NCBI GenBank assembly: GCA_965214405.1
Contig: OZ243956.1
Location: forward strand, 3,360,001 to 3,424,000
Direction: 5' to 3'
Origin: Trueperaceae bacterium
GTDB taxonomy: Bacteria; Deinococcota; Deinococci; Deinococcales; Trueperaceae
DNA: 64,000 nucleotides
The notes below the pieces were generated by a model that did not search any database, had not been told where the DNA came from, and saw nothing but the letters and a program-made list of their open reading frames with translations. The position numbers and the translations under genes are program-made. Of the stretch, positions 27,609 to 36,962 are shown piece after piece; the stretch's first letter is position 1, and each line of letters opens with the position of its first letter.

Positions 27609-29348
27609 TTAGTAAGGCACGAACACGATCGCCGTCGAGATTTTCCGCTGGGTAAAGGCGGGGCGGTTGAGGGTCTGTCCGGCGGCGTAGAGGGTGCTCG
27701 AGCCGCCGCTGTCCATTTGCAGCGCGTCGGTTGCGCCGAGCGACAAAAAGAGCGGCACGAGCTCTCTGGCGGTCATGTTGGTGGCGGTCAAAAAAAGAAC
27801 CGTGCCGTCGGGTTTAACACCGACCGCGGCGCGGGTGGTGCGGCGGTTCACGGGCGACTCGGGGTTTTCTACGTCAAAAGCCTCGTTCCACGGCTCAAAG
27901 GCGGCGCGGCCCTCCCGGACGAGCAGCGGCCCCGCCTCGACGGCGTAGCGCACCGCGTTAAAGGCGGGCGGGTCGAAGGTCGTGTTCAAACTCGCGGCGT
28001 CGCCTGGGTTTACCAACGCCAACTCGCGTAAGGAGGGGTTGTAAAGGTCGGGCTTGTAGGTCACGACAAAACCCCCCTCGGGCACGCGGCGTGGGCCGAC
28101 TTTGTTCTCTAACACTCGCCCGTTCTGAACGACGATGATGCCCTCTCGAGGCGTGCCCACAAGCGCGTTCGCCGCTGTATGCACAGCGAAGGGTGGGTGG
28201 CTCGAGTCCAAAGACACCTTGCCCGAACCGTCCGCTCGGTAATCTTGTTCTTGAATATCCGTGGCGTAAAGCCGCCCGTTGATGCGGACCTTGAAAGTCG
28301 CTTGGATACGGTCTATCACGGGCTTACCTGCCCCGAAGCCGATACCCGCGCGGTTTCTCGAGGGGTACGAGAGCAGCGTATTGTCCACCTCTAAAAGCCC
28401 GATGGTTTGCCGGTTCTTGGTGTCGAAATAACTCGCGTTGATGCCGACCAAGCCGCCGCTCGAGAGTTCCGAGAGCGTGCGCGGCACGTACGACTCGCCG
28501 ACCACCCGAAACTCGCCGCTGCCGGGGGCGATTTCGACGATGTCCACATAGCTTGGCCCTTCAACCGTCGTGACCGTGGTGCGGCGGTAGCGTACACCGG
28601 GGTGGAGGTCGCCGCCCGCGGGCAGCGCGGGCACGTAGGCGGCGAGCCCCGCCGAGTCGCGCCGGTCGAGTCGCGCCTCGGCGTCTCCCGAAGCGGTTCC
28701 TGAATCCGGTTGAGCCGCGCTCATGGAGGATGGCGCGGGTGGTGCTGAGGCGAGGGCCGACGCATCCGCGGGCGTCACGTCCACGACCAGCCGCGTGGGG
28801 TTCTGGAGGTCGAACACCCGGTAGTGCATATCCGGACCCGTCAAGGAAACCCGCGTGCCCGCCGCGCTCGTGGCAACTGCCACATCCACGCCGTAAACAT
28901 TTTCGGGCACCGACACGGGCAGTAGGAGCGGCGGCAGCGTGAAGGAGAGGGGCGTCCCGGCGGTGAGGTCGCCTTCACTCTCGAGGCCGGTAAGGATGTT
29001 GGACTCGAGCCCCACCAAGTCAAACACAATCCGCACGCCCTCGCCCCGGCTCGCGCGCACGCCCTCGAGGCGAGGCAACGCGAGTCCCAACGCCTCCACC
29101 GTCGCCCCCGTGACGAACACCTCTCCACCCTGAACGACGGGCGCGTCCACCGCGTTCCCCGGCGACCAGCCGATGCCCGGCACGTAAGAGAACGTGTCGC
29201 CGCCGTAGCGTACGCTTACCACCCCGCTCTGTTGACTAGCGAGGGCGTCGGGCAGCCGGTAGAGCGCGTAAGGGTCAGCGTCGGCGAGACCCCAGCCGAT
29301 AGCAAGCCACAGGAGGGGCAACCAGGAGAGTTTTTTCACAGCGTTCAT
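27609..29348 (-). CDS. Exported phosphodiester glycosidase (NAGPA) family protein
   Basis: Signal peptide, AMIN-like NPTRLVVD, INASYF, AGPLLV, RAAVG, MDSGGSS. Confidence 0.85.
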   Translation of the reverse strand: MNAVKKLSWLPLLWLAIGWGLADADPYALYRLPDALASQQSGVVSVRYGGDTFSYVPGIGWSPGNAVDAPVVQGGEVFVTGATVEALGLALPRLEGVRASRGEGVRIVFDLVGLESNILTGLESEGDLTAGTPLSFTLPPLLLPVSVPENVYGVDVAVATSAAGTRVSLTGPDMHYRVFDLQNPTRLVVDVTPADASALASAPPAPSSMSAAQPDSGTASGDAEARLDRRDSAGLAAYVPALPAGGDLHPGVRYRRTTVTTVEGPSYVDIVEIAPGSGEFRVVGESYVPRTLSELSSGGLVGINASYFDTKNRQTIGLLEVDNTLLSYPSRNRAGIGFGAGKPVIDRIQATFKVRINGRLYATDIQEQDYRADGSGKVSLDSSHPPFAVHTAANALVGTPREGIIVVQNGRVLENKVGPRRVPEGGFVVTYKPDLYNPSLRELALVNPGDAASLNTTFDPPAFNAVRYAVEAGPLLVREGRAAFEPWNEAFDVENPESPVNRRTTRAAVGVKPDGTVLFLTATNMTARELVPLFLSLGATDALQMDSGGSSTLYAAGQTLNRPAFTQRKISTAIVFVPY

Positions 29349-29506
29349 AACGACAAGTCTATGACGAGGCTTAGGGCCTCAGATGAGGACTACCTCACTC
29401 CGGGGCTCAGGCGTTCTTTACTAAAGTCGCGGGGGTTAGGGTTGAGGTGGGGAGATAGGGGATAGAGAGGTAGGGAAGAATCCTTATCACCGTCCCCCCT
29501 CATCAC

Positions 29507-30292
29507 CTAAAGAGAGTGCAGCACTTCCGAAAAGCTGCTCGCCTCGAGCCGCGCCCCCAGCATGTGACCGAGCGAGAGCGCGAGGCCCTGCGCCTGAACG
29601 TCGCGCAAGCCCAGCGTCATCGCGCCTGCACTCACCGCGCGTTTTCGGAGGGAGCTCATGGTGTCGGGGGAGAGGTCCACCACGCTCAAATGCGGCCCTA
29701 AGAGGTCACTCGGCACCTGCATCGCCGGGTCCACCCGGACGAGCAGGTCGGCGCGTTCGATGATGCCGACGGCCAGGGGGTCCGCCTGCGCCTTGGCGAT
29801 GGTTTCGGTGCTCGCCGGAAGTTGTTGGGTGGTGCGTTCGGCCACGGGGCGGTTGGCGGCGAGGACGGCCAAGCGGCCCGCGCCCCCGCTCGAGAGTTCG
29901 CGGCTCACCGCCCGCGCCCGCGCGCCCGTGCCCAAAATCACCACGCTCGCACCCTTGACAATCCAGCCCGCCTCGCGCAAGGCCCCCCCGACCGCCCGGC
30001 CTAAGTTGTACTCCGCGATGAGCCCACCCGGCGTTACGGTAAGCGAGTCGGCGGCGGCGGTTTCCTGCGCGTCTAAGCTCGCCCTGGTCGCCGCGCCAAA
30101 AGCTTGCGTCTGGAGCGCGTCGTCCAAAAAGAGCGCGCCCGCGAAGTCGAGGGCTTCTAAACTCGCGGCCACCCGCGCCACGTCGGTCGTGGGCGGTATC
30201 GGGTGAAGGTGAAAAGGAAGCTGCGGGTCGCGGTAGTTAGAAAGCGCCCGCGCGAGAGCCGGATCGGAAGAGAGAACGGCGACGAGGTACAT
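29507..30292 (-). CDS. Shikimate dehydrogenase-like protein (degenerate)
   Basis: AroE-like layout with VILGTGARARA Rossmann motif; TATACT 6 nt before ATG 30292. Confidence 0.6.
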   Translation of the reverse strand: MYLVAVLSSDPALARALSNYRDPQLPFHLHPIPPTTDVARVAASLEALDFAGALFLDDALQTQAFGAATRASLDAQETAAADSLTVTPGGLIAEYNLGRAVGGALREAGWIVKGASVVILGTGARARAVSRELSSGGAGRLAVLAANRPVAERTTQQLPASTETIAKAQADPLAVGIIERADLLVRVDPAMQVPSDLLGPHLSVVDLSPDTMSSLRKRAVSAGAMTLGLRDVQAQGLALSLGHMLGARLEASSFSEVLHSL

Positions 30293-30503
30293 GAGTTCAG
30301 TATAAGGCGAGGCGGGGGAGGAGGGAGCGGGGTGGCTCGAGGTCAAGACGCACCCCCTAAAGGTGTAGCTCATCTTTCGGTGCCAACGACCTTCAGCGTC
30401 TTCTTGAATATTGACTCTTTTATGGTTGGGTGAACGCCAAGGTCAAGCTGATAGTAGGTCTGGCTGGGAGATGTTGAGGGGAAGCAACGGGAAATGTTGA
30501 GCT

Positions 30504-31508
30504 TTAGTAAACTTCCTTAACCCGGCCCGTCGTTCCGCGCACCACAAGCTGCACAGGTAAAACTATTCTCCGGGGACGCATCCCCCTGGCCGCCTCCTGG
30601 GTAAGTTCAGCCAACGTATCCGCAAAGAGAGGGATGTCTTGCTTGACCGTCGTAAAGGCCCCGCCCATCTCCGGTAGGTCGTCAAAGCCGATGAGTGAAA
30701 TGTCTTCGGGGATAAACCGCCCCGCGTCCTGGATGGCGGCGGCGGCCCCCACCGCCATTTCGTCAGAAAGGGCGAAGAGCGCGGTGAAGTCGCGCCCGGC
30801 GCGTAGCGCCTCGCGTACGGCGAAAAACGCGCCCAAAGAGGTGTAGTCGCAGGTGAGGATATGCGCCGAGGTGAAAGGGACGCGCTGGGCGTGGAGTTCA
30901 GCGCGGAAACCCACGAGCCGCGCGTCGGCGAGACTCCCGACGATAGAGGGACGCCAGAAGGCCCCGCCGAGGGGCACCTTGCCGGTGAGCACGAGGAGAG
31001 TGCGGTGGCCCAAGCGCAAGAGGTGCTGAGCCGCCTGCCGCCCGCCGTCCGCGTCGTCCGGGCCCACGCAGCGTAGACCCTCCACCACGCCCGACACGAC
31101 GAAAGGTACCTCTTGGCGCTCGAGGTGAACAAACCTGGGGTCGTCGGGAGAGGGCGAGGCGACGACCATCACGTCGGTAAGCCGCTCCGGCAGCCCGTCT
31201 TCGCCCGAGGGTACGTCCTCTACCCGGTAACCCTGCGCGTAGAGCGCGGCGAAGAGCCTTTCGCGCATGAGCGTGGCGAAGGGGTGCAAGCGGCGCGCGC
31301 CGTGGGCGTCGTTCCAGCCCACCGTGGCGGTTTTGCGCATGACCAGCTCGCGCGCGGCCTGGTCGGGGCGGTAGTCGAGCCGCCGGACCGCCTCCAAAAC
31401 GGCCCGCCGCGCGCCCTCGCCGACGCCCGCCCGGTCGTTCAGAACGCGGCTCACGGTGCTCACCGAGACGCCCGCCGTGCTCGCGACCTCTTGAATGGTG
31501 ACTCTCAC
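30504..31508 (-). CDS. LacI family transcriptional regulator
   Basis: TIQEVASTAGVSVSTVSRVLN HTH; GTGA overlap with the upstream permease gene. Confidence 0.92.
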   Translation of the reverse strand: MRVTIQEVASTAGVSVSTVSRVLNDRAGVGEGARRAVLEAVRRLDYRPDQAARELVMRKTATVGWNDAHGARRLHPFATLMRERLFAALYAQGYRVEDVPSGEDGLPERLTDVMVVASPSPDDPRFVHLERQEVPFVVSGVVEGLRCVGPDDADGGRQAAQHLLRLGHRTLLVLTGKVPLGGAFWRPSIVGSLADARLVGFRAELHAQRVPFTSAHILTCDYTSLGAFFAVREALRAGRDFTALFALSDEMAVGAAAAIQDAGRFIPEDISLIGFDDLPEMGGAFTTVKQDIPLFADTLAELTQEAARGMRPRRIVLPVQLVVRGTTGRVKEVY

Positions 31509-32929
31509 CCCTTGAGCCCGCTCATGGAGACGCCCTCGACGAAGTAGCGCTGGAACACGGCAAAAAGGATGATCACGGGCACCATCGAGAAAAAGGCGCT
31601 GGCGAGGATGAGCCCCCAGTCCCCCGCGGGGCCGTAGGCGGCGCGGAAGGAAAGGAGACCCACGGGCAGCGTGAGGTTTTCGCGCGAGGACATGACCACC
31701 AAGGGCCAAAAGAAGTCGTTCCAGGCCCCTTGGAAGGTCAGGATGGTGAGCGCGCCCAGCGCGGGACCCGCCATCGGCAGCACCACCCGGAAAAACGTCC
31801 CAAAGGTGCCCGCCCCGTCGATGCGGGCAGCCTCCTCGATCTCACGCGGGACGGATTCGAAAAACTGCTTCATGATGAAAACCGCGCTCGCCGCCACGAG
31901 CGCGGTGGCCCCCGAGCCGCCGATGACGAGTCCGGGGAGCGTGTCGAGCAGCGTGGGCAGGCCGAACAGCCCGGACAGGCCGAACACGCCGTCACGCAGC
32001 ACGAGGTAGTTGGAAATGAACGTCACCTGGGCGGGCACCATCACACTAAACAGTACCACCACAAACAAAACGCGCCTGCCGGGGAAAACGAGCCGCGCGA
32101 GCGCGTAACCCGCCATCGACGCGAAAGCGAGCGCCGCCAGGACGCGGAAAAAGGCAAATAAAAAGGTGTTGAGCGTCCAGCGCCAGAGCAGGCTTTGCTG
32201 AGTCGCGGCATCGTAGCTTTCGCGAAACGCGCGCACGTAGTTTTTGAGGCCGAAGCCGAGCGCTCCCGGCGCGACGCTGTCCCACGATGCGACCCGCCCT
32301 CGGCGCTCAATACGGTCGGGGGGCAAGGTGGCGGACACCAAAAGGTAGCCGCGCGGCGTTTCTAAGTCCAGGGGGAGCCGCTCGGCGCGGCGTCCGTTGC
32401 CCTGGGCGTCGTTATAGGTGACGGTAACGTCATAGGTCACAAAGGCACCCAGCGATTCACTCCCTTCAGGGGCAGATATGCGCGAGACCTCCTCGAGGCC
32501 GAGCGTGGCAAAGTCGGCGGCGAAGGAGGTGGTGCGTAAGGACACCAGACGCGAGCCCGGCGCTCGCTTAGGGATGCTCGCCACGGGCGGCGCGGTCTCG
32601 CCCCCCGGCACAAAGTAGCGCACGCTAAACCTGACCTCGCCCTCCGGTCCGAAGCCGCCGAGGAGGGTGCTCCCGCCCGCCGCGGCGCCGAGGCGCGCCG
32701 CCTTGAGCCAGTTGCTCGGGTTGAGCTGCGCCGCGCCGAGCGAGAGCGGGTCGCCTAAGGGATCGGTCTTTAAGCTCGCAATAAAAGACGCGTAGATAAC
32801 GCTCAGCGAGCCCAGCCCGAGCAGGAGGAGCGTGCCGTAGGCCCAGGCGACACGTACCCAGCGCCGCCGCGCGTCCTCTCGCCTTTTGGAACCGTTCGGA
32901 AGAGGTTGTCGCGCCCCTGCCCGCGCCAC
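31505..32929 (-). CDS. Carbohydrate ABC permease (MalG-like with insert)
   Basis: EEAARIDGA; paralogue of 14046-15476. Confidence 0.9.
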   Translation of the reverse strand: MARAGARQPLPNGSKRREDARRRWVRVAWAYGTLLLLGLGSLSVIYASFIASLKTDPLGDPLSLGAAQLNPSNWLKAARLGAAAGGSTLLGGFGPEGEVRFSVRYFVPGGETAPPVASIPKRAPGSRLVSLRTTSFAADFATLGLEEVSRISAPEGSESLGAFVTYDVTVTYNDAQGNGRRAERLPLDLETPRGYLLVSATLPPDRIERRGRVASWDSVAPGALGFGLKNYVRAFRESYDAATQQSLLWRWTLNTFLFAFFRVLAALAFASMAGYALARLVFPGRRVLFVVVLFSVMVPAQVTFISNYLVLRDGVFGLSGLFGLPTLLDTLPGLVIGGSGATALVAASAVFIMKQFFESVPREIEEAARIDGAGTFGTFFRVVLPMAGPALGALTILTFQGAWNDFFWPLVVMSSRENLTLPVGLLSFRAAYGPAGDWGLILASAFFSMVPVIILFAVFQRYFVEGVSMSGLKG

Positions 32930-34018
32930 CTAGTACCCCCCTTCCTTTAACCCCAAAGAGCGCTGCGCTACCACCACGCCCAAGGTCAGAAGCCCCAGCA
33001 TGAGCGCGGCGGCGGACGCCTCGCCGATGCGACTCACCGAAGCCGAGGGAAAAGCGGCGTCGTAAACGTAGTAGGCGAGGGTGATTTTGGCCTCGAGCGG
33101 CGCCGCGTCGCCGTAAAGAGCCACCTGGTCGAAGAGTTGCAAGGTGCCGATCAGCGAGAGCGTCACCACCAAGAACGATACTGGGCGCAACAAGGGCACG
33201 GTCACCCGGAAAAAGCGCTGGACGCGGTTCGCCCCGTCGATGGCTGCCGCTTCGGTGAGGCTTCTCGGGACGTCTTGCAAGCCCGCCAGGTAGAGCAACA
33301 TGAGCCCTGGGATGGTCGTGTAAATGTTTTGCACCATAATCGCCCAGAGGGGCACGGGCAGCCCCAAAAACTGTCGCCTGGTGTTGAGCCAGACCTGATC
33401 CACCGGCGCAACCTCGCGAAGGGGAAGAACCCCCAATCCCACAAGCGTCCACGTGACGAGAACCGCCGCCAAGAGCGACAACGTCGAGAGCGCGGGGTCG
33501 AAAAGGGAGGCTGAACGACCGCGCACGCGCTCGTACGCGACTTGTAGAGGCTGACACAGCGAAAAAAGGGCCAGAAATCCTAGCACGACCCAGAGGTGAC
33601 GGTTCATATAGCCCAGCGCCTGGTCGACGAAACCGCCGCGCTGCCACAGCCACAAAAAGATAAGGGTCACCGCCGCGCTCGAGAGGATGCTCGGCAGGTA
33701 AAAGAGGGTGCGGAAAAAGCCGATACCGCGTAGCGGCCTATTCAGCAACGTCGCGAGCAGCAGCGCCAGGGAGGTCTGAACCGCCGTGACGATGAGCGAG
33801 TACGCGAGCGTGTTCGTGAGCGCCCGTATGAAAAGAGGGTCTCTAAAGATGCGCGCGTAATTCTTTAACCCTACCCAGGCCGCGTCGTTAAACAGGTTGT
33901 AATCGGTAAACGAGTAGCGCAACGCGTTCAAAAAAGCGTAGACGAAAAAGACGCCCAGCGAGCAAAGAAAGGGTAACAGGAACAAGAATGCGTCGCGGTT
34001 CGTGCGCCACTGTTTCAC
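32930..34018 (-). CDS. Carbohydrate ABC permease (MalF-like)
   Basis: WVGLKNY, EAAAIDGA; GTG start with GGAG RBS. Confidence 0.9.
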   Translation of the reverse strand: MKQWRTNRDAFLFLLPFLCSLGVFFVYAFLNALRYSFTDYNLFNDAAWVGLKNYARIFRDPLFIRALTNTLAYSLIVTAVQTSLALLLATLLNRPLRGIGFFRTLFYLPSILSSAAVTLIFLWLWQRGGFVDQALGYMNRHLWVVLGFLALFSLCQPLQVAYERVRGRSASLFDPALSTLSLLAAVLVTWTLVGLGVLPLREVAPVDQVWLNTRRQFLGLPVPLWAIMVQNIYTTIPGLMLLYLAGLQDVPRSLTEAAAIDGANRVQRFFRVTVPLLRPVSFLVVTLSLIGTLQLFDQVALYGDAAPLEAKITLAYYVYDAAFPSASVSRIGEASAAALMLGLLTLGVVVAQRSLGLKEGGY

Positions 34019-34062
34019 AAAAACTCCGTTAGCTTGGGGGCGCTTTCGCGCCCCCGGAAAAA

Positions 34063-35280
34063 TCACTCGAGCGCGTCGAACCGCTCCTGCGCTTCGCTTA
34101 GGGCCTCGTCCACGGTGCGCTCGCCGGTCAACACGCCGCTCAGCGCGTCGTTCATGATTTGCGTCCACTCGCTGCCGTAGTTTTGAAACTTGTAGGGCAG
34201 CACGTTACCGTCCGTTGCGCCCTCGAACACGACCCGCTTGATTTCCGCCTCTTGCCCCTCTTGCGTCAGGAAGGGGTTGTCGGCCAGCGCCTCCCGGCTC
34301 GGGATGGCTAGACCTTGCTCCAAAACCCACTGCTGCGCCTCCTCGTTCGTGAGCGCCTCCAAAACCTTTCTGGCGGCGTCTTGGTCTGCGTTCTCATTCA
34401 CGCTCCAGCTCACCGTGAAGATGAGGTTGCCGCGCTCGTTCGTCTCGGGATCCTTGGGTATAAAGGTGGTGCCGTACTCTAAGTTGGGCGCGTTGTCGCG
34501 CAAAAATCCGGCTAGCCAGCTCCCCTCGATGGTCGCCGCGACCCTGTCGGTGGCGAAACAGCCGCCGCCCCAGCCGGGGCTCCCGACCACATCTTGGGTG
34601 ATGCCCGCGCCGTCCGCGACGAGGCCCGTATAGAATTCAAAGGCGCGGCGGAAATTCTCGTCCAGGACGGTGCGGCCCTCTTCGTTAAAGGGCTCCCAGC
34701 CCGTCGCGAAAGCGAACGCGCCGAAGCGGGCCACGTCGGGGATGACGCAGATGCCGTAGGTGTCCTCTAGGTTCGACTGGACCGCCTGCAGTTTCGCCCT
34801 GAAGTCGTCCCAGGTATCGTCAGCGTCGGGATATTCAACCCCGGCCTCGTCAAAAATGTCTTTATTGTACTCGATCGCCAGCGTGTTGAAATCTTTGGGA
34901 AGCCCGTATACGGTCCCGTCTAAGGTAAAGGCCTCGATGAGCGAATCTACAAAAGGTTCGGTGCTCACGCCTTCCAAGGCCGCGACCTCGCCGGTCTCAA
35001 AGATGCCCTCCGACCAAAGGATGTCGACAAAAAAGAGGTCCGCGGCGGTGCCCGCCGAGAGGCCGTTGGTGAGTTGCACCTGAAAGTCGGGGGTGGGCTC
35101 GAACACGGCCACGATATCTTCGGCCTCGAGCATCGGGTTGACGACCTCGTCCAAAAGCCCGGTCATGGTATTCGCGTCGCCGTCAAAGCCTGAAAGGCGC
35201 ACCGTCTGAGGGTCTTGGGCGTATACAAAGGCGCTCAGGGCCAGTAGCGCACCGAGCGCCATCTTTTGCAGAGTAATCAT
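34063..35280 (-). CDS. Carbohydrate ABC substrate-binding protein
   Basis: AAGGAGG RBS, signal peptide, YGLPKDFNTLA; paralogue of 16656-17894. Confidence 0.9.
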   Translation of the reverse strand: MITLQKMALGALLALSAFVYAQDPQTVRLSGFDGDANTMTGLLDEVVNPMLEAEDIVAVFEPTPDFQVQLTNGLSAGTAADLFFVDILWSEGIFETGEVAALEGVSTEPFVDSLIEAFTLDGTVYGLPKDFNTLAIEYNKDIFDEAGVEYPDADDTWDDFRAKLQAVQSNLEDTYGICVIPDVARFGAFAFATGWEPFNEEGRTVLDENFRRAFEFYTGLVADGAGITQDVVGSPGWGGGCFATDRVAATIEGSWLAGFLRDNAPNLEYGTTFIPKDPETNERGNLIFTVSWSVNENADQDAARKVLEALTNEEAQQWVLEQGLAIPSREALADNPFLTQEGQEAEIKRVVFEGATDGNVLPYKFQNYGSEWTQIMNDALSGVLTGERTVDEALSEAQERFDALE

Positions 35281-35500
35281 AATCCTCCTTTGAAAAGTCG
35301 CAAACCAATCTGCTATAGAAACCGAACGGATATTCGATAGACGGTTGGACCACACGCTAAAGCTACTAAGTCAATCTCTTCGGCCACATCACCTCCCGGA
35401 AACGCTTTCAAACTCGTTTCACCATTTTAATGTTATGTTTACAGGAACGTCAATAGCACTAGCATTATTTATTAGCAAAATGAGAAAACGTAGGGAGATA

Positions 35501-36762
35501 ATGAAGGTGAGTCCTAAATTGATTTTATTGGGTGCTGGTAATCGCGGCAGGGTCTACGCGGCGGGTGCGGCGCGGCGCGGCGCACAGGTGGTGGCGCTCG
35601 CCGAACCCAGAGCGGACGCTCGAGCCCTCTTGGCCGCGCAGCACGGGTTGCCCGTGAGCGCCACCTTCTCGAGCTGGCGTGACCTCCTTAACGCCCCTCC
35701 CGCAAGTCTCCCACCCGCCGACGCCGTCATTATCGCAACCCCGGACCGGGAGCACCTCGCCCCGGCGATTGCCTTTGCCAACCGGGGCTACCACCTTCTC
35801 TTAGAAAAGCCCATAGCCCCAACCGAAGCGGCGTGCCGCGCGGTCGTTGAAGCGGTAACGCGTTCAAACGTGATGATGGCCGTGGGGCACGTGCTCAGGT
35901 ACACGCCCTACACGAAAGCTCTAAAGCGGCTGCTGAGCGAGGGAGTTATCGGCGAACTCGTTTCGTTGCAGCATCTAGAACCGGTCGGTTATTGGCATCA
36001 GGCGCACTCCTACGTGCGCGGCAATTGGCGCAGTGCGGAGGGCTCCTCGCCCATGCTCCTAGCTAAATCCTGTCACGACCTCGACTGGATTCGCTTTCTT
36101 ATGGACGAGCCCTGCGTACGAGTTGGCTCGTTTGGTTCTTTAGCGCACTTCCGCAAGGACAAGAAACCTCGAGAGGCGGGAAGCGCCAAGCGCTGTCTGG
36201 ACTGCGCTTTTGAGCCCGACTGCCCGTACTCGGCCAAGCGCTTCTATCTGGGCCTCGTCTCGAAAGGAGAAACGGGAATGCCCCTCAGCGCGGTCGCGCT
36301 CGACACCTCCTATGCGGGCGTCGCGCACGCGCTTCAGACCGGCCCTTACGGGCGCTGCGTATACGAATGTGACAACGACGTGGTGGACCATCAGGTAGTC
36401 AACATGGTTTTCGCAAGCGGCAAAACGGCGTCATTTACCATGACCGCGTTTACGGTGCCGCGCCCGCGCGAGACGCGGCTTTTCGGGACGCGCGGCGAGA
36501 TATACGGCGACGGTCGAGTTTTGAAAATCACCGACTTTCTGACCGAGGAGACGCGGGTCGTAGACACCGCCGCGGGCGTGCCGGATACCCTGCTCGAGGG
36601 CCACGGCGGCGGCGACGACGGGCTTATAGAAGCGTTCGTGCGGGCCGTGGAGGAAAAAAACCCCGCCACCTGCTTTCCGGACCCGAAGAGGCGCTCGAGT
36701 CGCACCTCATGGTTTTCGCGGCGGAGCGGGCGCGTTTAGAGCGCCGCGGGGTCGCGTTGTAG
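35501..36762 (+). pseudogene. Gfo/Idh/MocA oxidoreductase with a -1 frameshift near the C-terminus
   Basis: GAGNRG, EKP, HSYVRGNWR, KSCHDLD, GHGGGD; the expected tail LLSGPEEALESHLMVFAAERAR lies in the -1 frame after about 36667. Confidence 0.8.
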
Positions 36763-36962
36763 CGTGTTAGGCTCTTCTGCTTATCGCTGAAGTGTAAGCT
36801 CGAGCCCCCACTTATGCTAAAATCCCCCCATGAAAGCGTCCTGCTTCAACCCGCATGTCGATTCATGGTTGGCGCGCAGGCGTACGAAGCGAACGTGTTG
36901 CTCACTCGCGCGTTTCTGAACCGTTTCAACCTTTAAAATTCACATTACTAAAGAGGTGAATC

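Noticed and set aside
29440..29506. G-rich heptamer-like run as a functional element
   Set aside because: Too degenerate to define a repeat unit; likely a loose hairpin or low-complexity spacer
31509..31709. Extension of the LacI ORF
   Set aside because: Overlaps the permease gene; the HTH begins right after GTG 31508
36770..36962. T-box riboswitch upstream of thrS
   Set aside because: No AAGGTGGNACCRCG T-box motif or terminator seen
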